A stretch of DNA of 64,000 nt from Candidatus Dormiibacterota bacterium (GCA_963718525.1 OY970355.1:2528001-2592000), one strand, 5' to 3'; shown: positions 41,692 to 52,334, counted from the first letter of the stretch. The notes: generated from the sequence alone by a model not told the origin. Numbers and translations are program-made.

Positions 41692-42245
41692 GATGCCGCG
41701 CGGTGCTCCGCCGTCCGCGGCTGCCGCAGCTCGCGAAGCAGCGACACCATCTCGACAGCAGTGACCGCTGCCTCCGCACCCTTGTTCCCATGCTTGCCGC
41801 CGGCTCGATCCGTCGCCTGTTCGACGGTGTCGACCGTCAGCACGCCGAAGGTTGCGGGGACGCCGGTTGTGGCGTGCACCGACGCGATTCCCTGGGCGGC
41901 CTCACCCGCGACGTACTCGAAGTGCGCGGTGTCGCCGCGAATCACCGCGCCGAGGCAGACCACCGCGTCGACAGCGCCCGACTGGGCAAGCTCGCGTGCC
42001 GCAATCGGAATCTCGAACGCGCCGGGAACCCATACGACGTCGATGTCACCTGCGCCGACCCCGTGATGCCGCAGCGCCTCGACTGCGCCGTCGAGGAGTT
42101 GCATGGAGATGATGTTGTTGAAGCGCGATACCACGATGCCAAGGCGCATTCCGGTGGCGTCGAGACTGCCGGTGTGGACGCGCGCGCCCGGGGTGGGTTC
42201 GCCGGCCGCGCCGCCCTCGGCGTCATAGCGTGTCGATGGCATCAT
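41688..42245 (-). CDS. ribH: 6,7-dimethyl-8-ribityllumazine synthase
   Basis: VVSRFN, WVPGAFEIP, LGAVIRGDTAHFEYV, FGVLT, GNKG.EAA. Confidence 0.97.
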   Translation of the reverse strand: MMPSTRYDAEGGAAGEPTPGARVHTGSLDATGMRLGIVVSRFNNIISMQLLDGAVEALRHHGVGAGDIDVVWVPGAFEIPIAARELAQSGAVDAVVCLGAVIRGDTAHFEYVAGEAAQGIASVHATTGVPATFGVLTVDTVEQATDRAGGKHGNKGAEAAVTAVEMVSLLRELRQPRTAEHRAAS

Positions 42246-43446
42246 CGAGATCCAGGCTGTGGCCGAGCTTCTCCTGCTTGACGCGAAGATAGCGCTCGTT
42301 GTGCGCGTTCGCCGGGATCACCAGCGGGATCTGGTCGGTGACCTCGAGACCGTAGCCGCTCAGGCCGTAATACTTCCTCGGGTTGTTGGTGAGCACGACC
42401 ATGCGCTTGACGCCGATGTCGGACAGGATCTGCGTGCCGATGCCGTAGTCCCGCTTGTCGATCGGCAGTCCGAGGCTCAGGTTCGCCTCCACCGTGTCGA
42501 GGCCGCGATCCTGCAGCGCGTAGGCGCGCAGCTTGTCCATGAGGCCGATGCCGCGGCCCTCTTGGCGCAGGTACACGAGGACCCCGCGCCCCGCGTCGGC
42601 GATCATCGCCATCGCCTTGTGCAGCTGCGCCCGGCAGTCACAGCGCTGCGAGCCGAAGACGTCGCCGGTGAGGCACTCGCTGTGCACCCGCACGAGGACG
42701 GGGTCATCGCCGCGCACGTCACCCCAGACCAGCGCGACGTGGGTGACGTGGGTGATCACGTCCTCGTACGCGTGCGCAACGACGGTCCCATACTCGGTCG
42801 GCAGCGTTGTCGTCGCGCCTCGTTCGACGAGCCGCTCGTCGCGGCGGCGGTACGCGATGATGTCGTCGACGGTCACGATCTTGATGTCGTGTTCCGCGGC
42901 GAACACATCGAGGTCGGGACGCCGGGCCATGCGGCCGTCGGCGCGCATCACCTCGCAGATGACGCCCGCCGGAAAGCGTCCCGCGAGCTTGCAGAGATCG
43001 ACAATTGCCTCGGTCTGGCCCGCACGTTCGAGCACGCCACCGACCGCCGCTCGGAGCGGAAACGTGTGACCCGGCTTGGCGAAGTCGCCCGGCTTCGCGT
43101 GTTCGTCGCAGAGCAGCCGGATCGTGGTGGCGCGATCGAACGCGCTGATGCCGGTGGTAACGCCGTGCCCGATCGCCTCGATCGTCACGGTGAATGCGGT
43201 CCCGAAGCGCGAGGTGTTGTCATCGACCATCGCCGCGACCCCGAGCTCGTCGAGACGCCACCCCTCGACCGGCACGCAGATGAGCCCGCGTCCATGCGTC
43301 GCCATGAAGTTGACCGCCTCGGGAGTGATGCGGTCGGCCGCGATCGCGAGGTCGCCTTCGTTCTCGCGGTCCTCGTCGTCGACGATGATCACGAACTTCC
43401 CCGCGCGGATATCCGCGATCGCATCCTCGACGCTCATCGCCGTCAT
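42223..43446 (-). CDS. ribBA: Bifunctional DHBP synthase / GTP cyclohydrolase II
   Basis: DDEDRENEGDL, TTGISA.DR, VRVHSECLTGDVFGS.RCDC, QEGRGIGL, LTNNP. Confidence 0.97.
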   Translation of the reverse strand: MTAMSVEDAIADIRAGKFVIIVDDEDRENEGDLAIAADRITPEAVNFMATHGRGLICVPVEGWRLDELGVAAMVDDNTSRFGTAFTVTIEAIGHGVTTGISAFDRATTIRLLCDEHAKPGDFAKPGHTFPLRAAVGGVLERAGQTEAIVDLCKLAGRFPAGVICEVMRADGRMARRPDLDVFAAEHDIKIVTVDDIIAYRRRDERLVERGATTTLPTEYGTVVAHAYEDVITHVTHVALVWGDVRGDDPVLVRVHSECLTGDVFGSQRCDCRAQLHKAMAMIADAGRGVLVYLRQEGRGIGLMDKLRAYALQDRGLDTVEANLSLGLPIDKRDYGIGTQILSDIGVKRMVVLTNNPRKYYGLSGYGLEVTDQIPLVIPANAHNERYLRVKQEKLGHSLDLDDAIDTL

Positions 43447-44060
43447 CCTTCGTGCGCCGCGGTCGCAAGGACCACGCCGCGCTCCCGTGCCGACAGCGTG
43501 CGTGCAACATAACGCGCGATCAGATCGACCTCGATGTTCACCCGGGATGCTACTCGCCAGGCGCCGGCGACCGTCGCAGCGAGGGTGACCGGAATGAGCG
43601 ATACCGTGAACGCCGAGGTGAAGACGTCGACCACGGTGAGGCTGATGCCATCGACCCCGATGCAGCCTTTCTCAGCGATGAGCTCGATCAGGTCATCGGG
43701 CGTGGCGATGGTGACCCAGCGAGCATTGGCGTCCTCTCGGAGGGCGGTGATGGCCCCGGTGGCGTCGACGTGACCCGAGACCATGTGGCCACCGACCCGG
43801 TCGCCGAATCTGAGCGCCCGTTCGAGGTTGACCGTGGCGCCGCCGCTCAGGTCCCCGAGCGTGGTGCGATGCCGGGTCTCGGGCATGACATCGGCCTCGA
43901 AACCATCAGCGGACACCGAGGCAACCGTGAGGCACGCTCCGTTGACGGCAATGCTTTCACCGATCTGAAGATTGGCGAACGGGGTCCGCGGCGTGATCTC
44001 GATCCGCCCGGGCTGCCGCGACCGTAGCGTGCCGAGCGTTTCGACGATCCCACTGAACAC
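43443..44060 (-). CDS. ribE: Riboflavin synthase (alpha chain)
   Basis: (M)FSGIVE, GESIAVNGACLTV, VNLERAL, GGHMVSGHVD, KG.I.VDGISLT. Confidence 0.96.
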   Translation of the reverse strand: MFSGIVETLGTLRSRQPGRIEITPRTPFANLQIGESIAVNGACLTVASVSADGFEADVMPETRHRTTLGDLSGGATVNLERALRFGDRVGGHMVSGHVDATGAITALREDANARWVTIATPDDLIELIAEKGCIGVDGISLTVVDVFTSAFTVSLIPVTLAATVAGAWRVASRVNIEVDLIARYVARTLSARERGVVLATAAHEG

Positions 44061-44079
44061 TCTGCGTGACTCCTCGATC

Positions 44080-45183
44080 TCAGCGTACACAGTATCCGGT
44101 CACCACGAGATCCGGGCCTTGTCTCGCTACCGACACGTCCCGGAGCAGCGGTGCCGCCGCGAGGCTCGGAACCCCGGTTCCCCCCACGGCGCCAGGTGAC
44201 GCGCTGCCACCGATGATCCGCGGCGCCAGCATGGCGACGACCTTGTCCACGATGGCTGCGTCGAAGGCGGATCCGAGCACGCCGGCGCCGCCCTCAATGA
44301 GCACGCTGATCACGTCACGGGATCCAAGCATCGCCATCAGCGCTCCGAGGTCGACACCACCCCGCCCCTCGTCGATCACCTCGACGTGAACCCCCGAGGC
44401 GCGCAACCGCGCGACCCGTTCTGGTCTAGCTCGGGCGGTGGTCGCGACCAGAGCGGTTCCTTCCTGCGGTTGCAGTACTCGCGCGTCCACAGGAATCCGG
44501 AGCGCGCTGTCGACGACGACACGCAGCGGGGACCGGCCGCCCTCGAAGCGTGTGGTCAGCGTCGGGTCGTCGGCCAGCACGGTGCTGATCCCCACGAGGA
44601 TCGCGTCGTGGCTGTGGCGGAGCCGGTGCGCCATCGCGCGTGACTCCGCCGATGTGATCCATTGCGATTCGCCTCCGGCTGTCGCGATCCTGCCGTCGAG
44701 GGAGGCGGCGAATTTGGCGGTGACAAAGGGGAGTCCGGTGGTCACGTGCTTGACATAGAACTCGTTGAGCCGCTCTGCGTCACTCTCGCGGGTGCCGACG
44801 TCGACGCCGATTCCAGCCGCGCGCAATGCCGCGATGCCTCGACCTGCAACCACCGGGTTGGGGTCGGTCATGGCAACAACAACGCGGCGGGGTTGCGCCG
44901 CGATCAGCGCGTCGACACATGGCGGCGTTCGACCCTGATGTGCGCAGGGCTCGAGTGTGACGTAGACGTCGGCACCCGAAGCTGCGTCTCCGACCATCCT
45001 GAGGGCCTCCACCTCAGCGTGTGGCTCGCCCGCCTTTCTGTGAAACCCGGTGGCGAGCACCTCCTCGCCCCGTGCAATGACACACCCGACCATGGGATTG
45101 GGGCTGGTGGCGAAGTCGGCGGATCTCGCTGCCGCAAGGGCAGCGTCCATCAGCGCCTCGTCGGCGCTGGAAGCGCCGGTCAC
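44080..45183 (-). CDS. ribD: Riboflavin biosynthesis deaminase/reductase
   Basis: [42 protein letters not shown]. Confidence 0.97.
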   Translation of the reverse strand: MTGASSADEALMDAALAAARSADFATSPNPMVGCVIARGEEVLATGFHRKAGEPHAEVEALRMVGDAASGADVYVTLEPCAHQGRTPPCVDALIAAQPRRVVVAMTDPNPVVAGRGIAALRAAGIGVDVGTRESDAERLNEFYVKHVTTGLPFVTAKFAASLDGRIATAGGESQWITSAESRAMAHRLRHSHDAILVGISTVLADDPTLTTRFEGGRSPLRVVVDSALRIPVDARVLQPQEGTALVATTARARPERVARLRASGVHVEVIDEGRGGVDLGALMAMLGSRDVISVLIEGGAGVLGSAFDAAIVDKVVAMLAPRIIGGSASPGAVGGTGVPSLAAAPLLRDVSVARQGPDLVVTGYCVR

Positions 45184-46286
45184 GCTCGCGCCGGCACCCG
45201 GGGCGGCGAGAGTGTGCCATCGGGACGGAGGAGCCTGCGAGCTTCAAGGTCCGCGCGGAGCTGACCGCAGGCTGCGTCCGCATCGCCGCCCCGAGTGTCC
45301 CGAACGGTGACCCGAGCGCCCCGGAGCACGCCGAGGAAACGACGCGCGACGGCAGGCTCGGGCGGCCCCCACGAGCTCCCATCGATCCGGTTCATCGGGA
45401 TGACGTTGATGTGCGCCTGGGCACGCCGCGCCAGGTCACGAAGACCCTCGGCCTGCTCGATGGAATCATTGACCCCGCCGATCAGGCACCACTCGAAGCT
45501 GACGCGCCGCCCGCTCTGCTCCGCGTATCGCGATGCCGCGTCGAGCACCATCCCGAGTGGATACGTCCTGTTGATGGGCACCAGTCGATCGCGAAGCGCG
45601 TCCGTCGCCGCGTGCAGCGACACGGCGAGGGTCACCGGCATGCGTGATGCGGCGACCTGCACGATCCCTGGGACGACCCCGCTCGTTGAGACGGTGATCC
45701 GTCGCGCGCTCAACCCCGCGTCGCCGGTGAGCACACGCAGCGACTCGAGCGTGGCGGCAACGTTGGCGAGGGGCTCCCCCATCCCCATGTACACGATGTG
45801 GGTGACTGGACCCAGTCCGCGCCGGTGCAACGCGCTCGAGGCAGCCCGAACCTGGTCGACGATCTCGGCCGGCGTGCAGTTGCGCCGAAGCCCCATGTGC
45901 CCGGTGGCGCAGAACGGACAGCCCACTGCGCATCCCACCTGACTGCTGACGCAGACGGTCGAGCGCCGGCGGGAATCCGATCGCGCTGGGGTCTCCATGG
46001 CGACCGTCTCGATGGTCTGTCCGTCCGCGAGGCGGCAGAGCAGCTTGATCGTGTTCCCGGCGTCCGCGACCACCTCACTGTCGATCGCCACTGTCGAAAA
46101 AGCGAATTCGGACGCCAGATCGTGACGCAGGGTCGCCGGGAGCTGGCGCATCGCTTCGAAGTCGTCCACGTACGGCTGCCAGATGGCGGCCTGAATCTGC
46201 CGGGCACGCCAGGCGGGCTCTCCCAGGTGGGCAAGCGCGTCCACCACCGCAGACTCGCCGGCGGTGCTCAGGGCTCGATTGGGCAT
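45180..46286 (-). CDS. rlmN: Radical SAM RNA methyltransferase RlmN
   Basis: [42 protein letters not shown]. Confidence 0.92.
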   Translation of the reverse strand: MPNRALSTAGESAVVDALAHLGEPAWRARQIQAAIWQPYVDDFEAMRQLPATLRHDLASEFAFSTVAIDSEVVADAGNTIKLLCRLADGQTIETVAMETPARSDSRRRSTVCVSSQVGCAVGCPFCATGHMGLRRNCTPAEIVDQVRAASSALHRRGLGPVTHIVYMGMGEPLANVAATLESLRVLTGDAGLSARRITVSTSGVVPGIVQVAASRMPVTLAVSLHAATDALRDRLVPINRTYPLGMVLDAASRYAEQSGRRVSFEWCLIGGVNDSIEQAEGLRDLARRAQAHINVIPMNRIDGSSWGPPEPAVARRFLGVLRGARVTVRDTRGGDADAACGQLRADLEARRLLRPDGTLSPPRVPARA

Positions 46287-46341
46287 CGTTCCATGGTACG
46301 GGCGAGCACGTCGGCGGCCGACGACCCCGTAGGCTGCCCGC

Positions 46342-46557
46342 ATGAACGGGGTGCTCGCCGCTTTCATCGGTGTGCCTGCGACCGCGCTCGTCGCCGGTGG
46401 GCTCGGCATCATCGGGCTGGCGATCTACGCTCGTGTAATCGGCACCCGCCGAGGCAGGCGTCCCATCCACTGGGGACACGTGGCGCTCGGGACGGCCATG
46501 TTCGCTGCGGGTGTCGTCCTCCTCTGGGTCGAGGTGCTCACGTTCGGTGCGGGCTGA
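46342..46557 (+). CDS. Small 2-TM membrane protein
   Basis: Two hydrophobic segments separated by a basic loop; fills the gap between rlmN and folE. Confidence 0.65.
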   Translation: MNGVLAAFIGVPATALVAGGLGIIGLAIYARVIGTRRGRRPIHWGHVALGTAMFAAGVVLLWVEVLTFGAG

Positions 46558-46563
46558 GCTTTC

Positions 46564-47139
46564 CTAGCGGTGTCCGATCAGGCTGAGGAACTCGTTGCGC
46601 GACTTATCGTCCTCGCGGAAGCAGCCGGTCAGCGACGATGTCACTGCCGAGCTGTTCTGCTTCTCCACCCCGCGCATGGCCATGCACAGGTGCGTCGCTT
46701 CGATCACCACGCCAACCCCCTGCGGCTCGACAACCGTCTGCAGCGCGTCGGCGATCTCGGTGGTGAGGCGTTCCTGCACCTGCAGGCGGCGGGCGAACAT
46801 ATCCACGATTCGCGGGATCTTGCTGAGCCCGAGGATGCGTCCATCGGGAACGTACGCGACGTGCGCTTTGCCGAAGAACGGCAGCAGGTGATGCTCGCAG
46901 AGGCTGTAGACCTCGATATCTCTGACCACCACCATCTCGGAGTACGGCTCCTCGAAGATCGCGCCGTTGACGAGACCATCCAGGGTGAGGGCATAGCCGC
47001 TCAGGAGAAAACGGAGGCTGCGGGCGACCCTCGAGGGTGTCTGCACCAGACCTGCGCGGGTCGGATCCTCGCCGATCGCGTCGAGGATCGACCGCATCAG
47101 TGGGGCGATCGGGTCGGGGCTTGCAGAGTTTGCGGTCAC
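46564..47139 (-). CDS. folE: GTP cyclohydrolase I
   Basis: [44 protein letters not shown]. Confidence 0.97.
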   Translation of the reverse strand: MTANSASPDPIAPLMRSILDAIGEDPTRAGLVQTPSRVARSLRFLLSGYALTLDGLVNGAIFEEPYSEMVVVRDIEVYSLCEHHLLPFFGKAHVAYVPDGRILGLSKIPRIVDMFARRLQVQERLTTEIADALQTVVEPQGVGVVIEATHLCMAMRGVEKQNSSAVTSSLTGCFREDDKSRNEFLSLIGHR

Positions 47140-47149
47140 AACCGGAGGA

Positions 47150-47749
47150 TCATGACTTTCGCGGTTGGGATGACGCCTCAGCCGGGGGACTCGGGGTCGG
47201 TGCTGCAGGGGCTTGCGGAGTTGCTGGGACGTCTATGGTCGCGGCCCCGACGGTCACCAGGAGGTCCCAGGAATTGCGGAGCGCACCGACGAGGAGGACC
47301 ACCGATATCCCGACGAGCCAGCTGAAACCGGCCCGATATTGGCCGCTCACGAGGATTGCGCCCCCCGAAATGACGGCAGCAAAGCTCAACGTGGTCACGC
47401 CGAATCGGAGCATGAGGTGCGGGAAGCTGAGCGCGCGGTGGCTGCTCCGGATGCCGGCCAGAAGCGGGCGAACGAGGAGCACGAATCCGAAGATGCCGAC
47501 GCCGGTGACATCCCAGCCTGTCGAGGATGGATCGTTCGCCTCGGGAATCACCATGAAGAGGCTGAGCACCAGCGTGACACCCAGACCGGTGAGCGTGACC
47601 CGCGCGAGCGCTTTGACATCCTCGTGGGTGACCACGATTCGGAGGTGGAGGGACAGACCGACGAACAGGAGCCCGACAAGGCTGGCCGCAGCCGTTCCGG
47701 TGATCGAATAGAAGTCGTGCCAGCTCTGGAGCGTGGTCTGGAAATCCAT
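47150..47749 (-). CDS. Multi-pass membrane protein of unknown function
   Basis: W.DFY...[15 protein letters not shown]-terminus and N.WDLL C-terminal motif; about 5 TM segments. Confidence 0.8.
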   Translation of the reverse strand: MDFQTTLQSWHDFYSITGTAAASLVGLLFVGLSLHLRIVVTHEDVKALARVTLTGLGVTLVLSLFMVIPEANDPSSTGWDVTGVGIFGFVLLVRPLLAGIRSSHRALSFPHLMLRFGVTTLSFAAVISGGAILVSGQYRAGFSWLVGISVVLLVGALRNSWDLLVTVGAATIDVPATPQAPAAPTPSPPAEASSQPRKS

Positions 47750-47806
47750 GTGCGGGGAGTTTGACCTGCGCGTCCGGCGGTGTGGGACCTATCGTGACGG
47801 CGGCAG

Positions 47807-48463
47807 TCAGGCCGTCGGTGGCGGCGGCGGGACTGGCATCGTCGAATCGAGCGCGGCGAGATCCGCCCTCAATCCCTCGGTCATCGCCTCGACGGTGCCG
47901 CGGTAGTGCGCGATTGCCAGGTCCAGGCGGAAATCGAACCAGTCCGACAGCGCTGCTCCGTAGTGGATGCATGTCGGTTTCTGGCGGTTCGACACTGAAA
48001 AGACCGTCTGTCCAGCCGCGTCGTCGTGCTGGAAGCCGACGAGCTTGTCGTACAGACACTCTCGGGTCTGCTTGCCCCCCTGGAACACCATGCGCTTGTT
48101 GGTGATAAACGCGGTGCCCACGTCGATCGCGGTCGGCGTCGGCGCACCCTGCTGGAAATGCCCTCGTGAACTGCCCACCCGGTACCTGATGGAGCGTCCA
48201 TGGATGCTCGCGACGGGTATGGAAAAGCCCTGGGATCGGCCCTTCCATTCACCGGCTCCGCGCCGATCCTCGACGAGTGCGACATTGGTGACCGCGGCGA
48301 ACACCGCCTCCCCGGGTTTGAGCAAGATGTCCGTGGATGTGTCGCCGGCGTAGGTATTCGCCAGGTTCAGGAGGGTCGCGTACGCGTCGCGCTGCGTCTG
48401 CCATGCGGCCAGGTTCGTCTGATACTCCTGGTACGCCTTCTTCTCTTGATGGTGTCTGAACAC
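47807..48463 (-). CDS. Hypothetical protein with a possible PH-like domain
   Basis: Good codon usage; D.G...ITNKRMVFQG..QTRE motif suggests a PH-like fold (inference). Confidence 0.7.
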   Translation of the reverse strand: MFRHHQEKKAYQEYQTNLAAWQTQRDAYATLLNLANTYAGDTSTDILLKPGEAVFAAVTNVALVEDRRGAGEWKGRSQGFSIPVASIHGRSIRYRVGSSRGHFQQGAPTPTAIDVGTAFITNKRMVFQGGKQTRECLYDKLVGFQHDDAAGQTVFSVSNRQKPTCIHYGAALSDWFDFRLDLAIAHYRGTVEAMTEGLRADLAALDSTMPVPPPPPTA

Positions 48464-48737
48464 GTTGCGACCCTTGGTGCGACTGGCCGAACCGATGTGG
48501 AAGGGGGTTTCGACAGGAGCGCTCGCGTCATCGAAGCACCCGATCTAGGTCACCGGGCACCGCGAGGATCATAACGAAGGTCGATCGGAACTCCCACTCA
48601 CCGAACCCACTCCTCACCGCCGCGTGCAGACGCTCACGGCTCTGCAATTGATCCAGGTCTCCGGTCTCTCGCCGTCGACGGGTCTGCGGGTTCAGTACAG
48701 GCGCCACCGTGGTTCAACACCGCGGATTTGGCTGAGT

Positions 48738-48968
48738 TCAGGTGGCGACGGTGTCGCGTGGCATGGCTGCAAGGCCCGCGGTGAGCACGGCGATGGAAAC
48801 CATGATCAGCGGCCAGTACGCGCCAATCGTCGTTTCGAGGTCCTGTGCAGCCTCGTGCGGTCCGCGAGCCAGGCCGATGAGGACTGCGATCGAGACGGCG
48901 GCAATGAGCAGGATCGTCACGGCGATGACGAATGAAAAGAACACCCGGCTGATGACTCGTCGCGTCAC
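48738..48968 (-). CDS. Small 2-TM membrane protein
   Basis: Two hydrophobic helices; start may be GTG 48944. Confidence 0.55.
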   Translation of the reverse strand: MTRRVISRVFFSFVIAVTILLIAAVSIAVLIGLARGPHEAAQDLETTIGAYWPLIMVSIAVLTAGLAAMPRDTVAT

Positions 48969-49050
48969 GACCGCTGAGGTTACACCACCTGTCTGGGCGT
49001 TGCAGGTCGCCTGGCGTGACTTCCGACCCCGAGCCCGGGACCCAAAACTA

Positions 49051-49157
49051 GACCCTTATCTGCCCCTTCAAGGAGTCATTTCGGGGTCATTCCAGGGCAC
49101 TCCTGACCACCACGTATCAAGTAGGCCCGGTCAGGTGGTGCCGAGGAAGGGACTCGA
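49051..49157. repeat. att-like junction: arm block plus a 22-bp copy of the tRNA-Leu 3' end
   Basis: TGGTGCCGAGGAAGGGACTCGA at 49136-49157 equals 54100-54121; the preceding ~85 bp aligns with 54010-54099. Confidence 0.92.
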
Positions 49158-49425
49158 CGATGCGGACTGCACGAGGGTGCACGGCCATGCTCGTGAATAC
49201 GACGCGGCAATCGTTCGCACGCATTTGACTGCATCGGAGTGCATAGGGGTGCACTGGTGTTGGGGTCACGGTTGGGGTCAGCTGAGCTCAGCATCCTTGC
49301 GCCGCAAAACCGCGTCGTCCGTTGATGCGTCAGCATGGGTCCGAGCCTGAACGCCGCGAAAGTCCTGCCTTAATGTCGGTAAGGGGGCTGACTCGGCGCC
49401 GAGTTAGGCCGATACGGTTACCCCG

Positions 49426-50150
49426 TTACTGACCGACGGTTTGCGCCAGCAGTGTGCGGCGATTGCTCGTCCTGGTCTTGATGAAGATCGACTTGAGGTG
49501 GTCTTGCACCGTGTTCTCGGACAGGTGCATCTCCTGAGCGACACGTCGCGTGTCGGCGCCCGCGATGAGATGGGCGAACAGCTCCATCTCGCGAGCGCTG
49601 AGGGCATACGCCCGCCCAAACAGGCTCATCCGCTCCGTCGGCGTCGCTGCCTCGATCGTGACGGCGATGTCCTGCCCGGCCGTCGGAGCCGGCGTCACGA
49701 TGCGGGCTGCACGGAGCGTGAGCCAGATCCCGGCCGAGAGGTGGACGCGGGCCGTCGGCTGGTGGTCGTCGACGCCGGCCTCGACGGCTAGCAACTGCGC
49801 GCCAACGTTGTAGGCGCCCGCCGGGATCGGCCGGCGATCCGGGTCGGGTGGTACCAGCAGCTTCAGGTACTCCTCGGTCTCGACGGTCTGCGCGCGAACC
49901 TCGAGATCCGGCGACAGCACGAGCACCACCGGTCCCGACCGACGGGTCGAGGCCGGTCCAGCGATTGACCGGGGTCAGATATTTGAGCCGGATAAGGCGC
50001 GGGAGCTCGGGTAGGCAGGGCACATCCGCGAGCGGAGCCGATCCGACCTCTGTTTCCGGTTCCGTGAGGAGCCAGGCATATGCGTCGAACCCGACGGCGC
50101 GGCGGATCTCGTCGAGCACGGCGAGCCGGAGCGAATTGGCATCCCCGGTT
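49426..50150 (-). pseudogene. GAF-type sensor/LuxR-family regulator with internal deletion and frameshift
   Basis: N-part (LRLAVLDEIRRAVGFDAYAWLLT.PET) and C-part (LSARE...LSENTVQDHLKSIF) are in different frames that meet at ~49935. Confidence 0.8.
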
Positions 50151-50436
50151 GTACGCCCACCATGTCGCGCCCGAAGGTCCCCGGCCGGTCCTCACAGACT
50201 GCCACCCCAGGGCAGGACGACGCACTGCGAAGCCGGCCGAAGTCTGTCCGCTAGCGGACCGAACCTCGTGATCCCGCGAACGTACAGTGTGGTCTGCAAC
50301 GGGGCGGCGCGAAAGGGCGAGCACCCCGACCCTCGAGGCCGGTCCTGCGAGCGGTTTAGTCGGTCGAGGCAATCGTCCGAACTCTCGTCGGCATTCCTCG
50401 AGACATTCAGGATGGCGACCTTAGGGAGTGTTCACC

Positions 50437-51576
50437 ATGGACAAGGGTTTCCGTGTGTTCCTTGGCAGCCTGAGCGCTGCGACCCTCCTCGTGCTCGCGA
50501 CCATCCCGGCTGGCGCGGCAGGGAAGCTGCCCTGGACCCCGATCGCCGCTGACGGCACCTCGGTGTATGAATGGGGGCAGCCGGTCGCGCCGGGTGGCCC
50601 GGGGCTCGTGCCCACCGCGGTGCAGGCGGCCGCGCCCCAGATCGACGCCGGCAACAAGGGTGACGTTCTCGTCGACACCGGCGACCACGTTTGGGCCTGG
50701 GGTGGGACGTCGATGGTGCTCAGAGAGGAGCCGGGTGTTGAGGATGTAGTCGGCCGGCCCGTGGATGGCAACGGCAGCTTCTCCGTCATCGAGGCGCCAG
50801 GGCTCGATTCGTCCTGCCCCGCGTCGACGACGGTGGTCAATTGGTCGCCGCGCAAAGCGCCATTCGTGGTCTTGGGGCTCAACTGCCGCAACGTCGTCCA
50901 ACTCGCGAAAGCGGCGTCGTACTCAATAGCGCTCGCCGAGGATGGTGAGGTCTACGTTTGGGGCGGGAGCGACACCGGAGGGCTCGGGCTTGGGCCCACG
51001 ATCACCAAGGAGCTCAATCCGACCCTCAACCCATACCTCAGCGCGCTCACCGGCGGGACCGCGACGGGCGTCGAGATCACCGCGGGGATGAGCGGCGGGG
51101 GCCTTCTCGTCAACGGCCGTGCGTACGCCTGGGGCGGCGACAATCACGGGCAGTGCGGCTGCGGCTCGACCGCGAGTGTTATCCCGTACCCGACCGCGGT
51201 CAGCCAGGGAGGCGTTGCCTTCACCTGGATCGACGAGGGCGGCGACCTCTCCGGCAACGGACACTTCTTGGCCGAGGACACGAACGGCCAGATATGGGCC
51301 TGGGGGGACAACAAGCAGGGGCAGCTCGGCGACGGGGCAAAGGTCGACTCGAACGTCCCGGTCGAGGTGCTCGGCCTCCCCGGAGATATCGTCGACTTGC
51401 GCGCCGGCGGGCAGCACTCGATGGCGCTCGACGCCGCGGGTGACGTCTATACCTGGGGATCGAACAGATACGGGCAGCTCGGGGATGGAACCACAATCAA
51501 TGCGACCTTGCCCGAGCTGGTGATGACGGGCGCGAGCATGATCTCGGCAGGTGCGCAGCACTCGATCGCGCAATAG
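50437..51576 (+). CDS. Secreted RCC1/BLIP-II repeat beta-propeller protein
   Basis: Signal peptide; repeats of G.VY.WG.N..GQLG.G and AG..HS.AL. Confidence 0.88.
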   Translation: MDKGFRVFLGSLSAATLLVLATIPAGAAGKLPWTPIAADGTSVYEWGQPVAPGGPGLVPTAVQAAAPQIDAGNKGDVLVDTGDHVWAWGGTSMVLREEPGVEDVVGRPVDGNGSFSVIEAPGLDSSCPASTTVVNWSPRKAPFVVLGLNCRNVVQLAKAASYSIALAEDGEVYVWGGSDTGGLGLGPTITKELNPTLNPYLSALTGGTATGVEITAGMSGGGLLVNGRAYAWGGDNHGQCGCGSTASVIPYPTAVSQGGVAFTWIDEGGDLSGNGHFLAEDTNGQIWAWGDNKQGQLGDGAKVDSNVPVEVLGLPGDIVDLRAGGQHSMALDAAGDVYTWGSNRYGQLGDGTTINATLPELVMTGASMISAGAQHSIAQ

Positions 51577-51706
51577 TCAGGCGTTCGCGCCACCACTGAA
51601 GAAGCGGACCGCGCCATCGCTGCCGGTTCTTCCGTCACCACGTGCGCGGCTGGAGCCATCCCTCATCCTCGAGCGGACGCACATTTTCACAAAGGCGGCT
51701 TACTGC

Positions 51707-51840
51707 CAAGACGTCAAGGTAATCAGCCTGGACGGCAATGTCTTCACCCGCCCGGATGGGCGCACCCTCGCCGTGCCAACCGTTTACAACCGCTGGCGCC
51801 GGATGCTGGAAGGGGCCCTGGACGCCATGCTCCGCGCCCT
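51707..51840 (+). pseudogene. Tyrosine integrase relic with the catalytic C-terminal box deleted
   Basis: QDVKVISLDGNVFTRPDGRTLAVPTVYNRWRRML aligns with EDTTVVSLDGRVFARPDGRTLAVQAVYNGWHRLL at 53.5 kb, then jumps to LDAMLR (LDALLR in the other copy). Confidence 0.85.
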
Positions 51841-51901
51841 TGAAGTGGTCAGGTCGGTGGTCAAAACTGAGGTGCAAGGGCCGAAATCGAATACAGATGA
51901 G

Positions 51902-52000
51902 TGGTGCCGAGGAAGGGACTCGAACCCTTCCCATTCGCTCCGATTTCGTATTCAAAACAGCGGGATTCAGACGGTTTTGACCCCTTATCTGACCCCTTCA
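51902..52000. repeat. att-like junction: 28-bp copy of the tRNA-Leu 3' end plus arm repeats
   Basis: TGGTGCCGAGGAAGGGACTCGAACCCTT at 51902-51929 equals 54100-54127; TGACCCCTTATCTGACCCCTTCA at 51978-52000. Confidence 0.93.
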
Positions 52001-52334
52001 GGCGCCGAAACCTGTTTACGGGTTGTGCCGGATGATGTCGTGGTTGCAGTGACGGCGCAGCACGATATGAGGTGGCCCCGCGGACACCGAATATCTACTG
52101 CCACCGTCACCTGGTACGCCTCGAGCGTTACGAGGACCCTCTCGGCCGCCGATCGCTTCTCCAGGAGCAGCACGGCAACGTGGAGTGCTATCAACGGAGC
52201 CAGTGCCGATGCCGCCGGTGTCGAGCCGCGAACACCGACTATCTCCGGCAACTCCGAGAGCGGCAACGAAAGAAGCCCCCGGCGCGAGGCCAGGGGCTCC
52301 AGTCATGACCTGTTAACCGCAGACGTCTGCGACA

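Larger units (their letters stand above)
49136..51929. mobile_element. Degenerate integrative islet 2 (LuxR pseudogene, RCC1 protein, integrase relic)
   Basis: Bounded by tRNA-3'-end repeats; paired arm-like repeats inside both ends (TTGGGGTCA x2 at ~49260-49280; GTGGTCA x2 at ~51845-51863); integrase fragment. Confidence 0.75.

Noticed and set aside
45180-46286. Possible Cfr-type resistance methyltransferase
   Set aside because: Core chromosomal context and standard RlmN motifs. Nothing supports Cfr, though only a phylogeny would settle it.
51985-52306. Short minus-strand ORFs inside islet 1
   Set aside because: No consistent frame or motif; possibly decayed cargo but not supportable.
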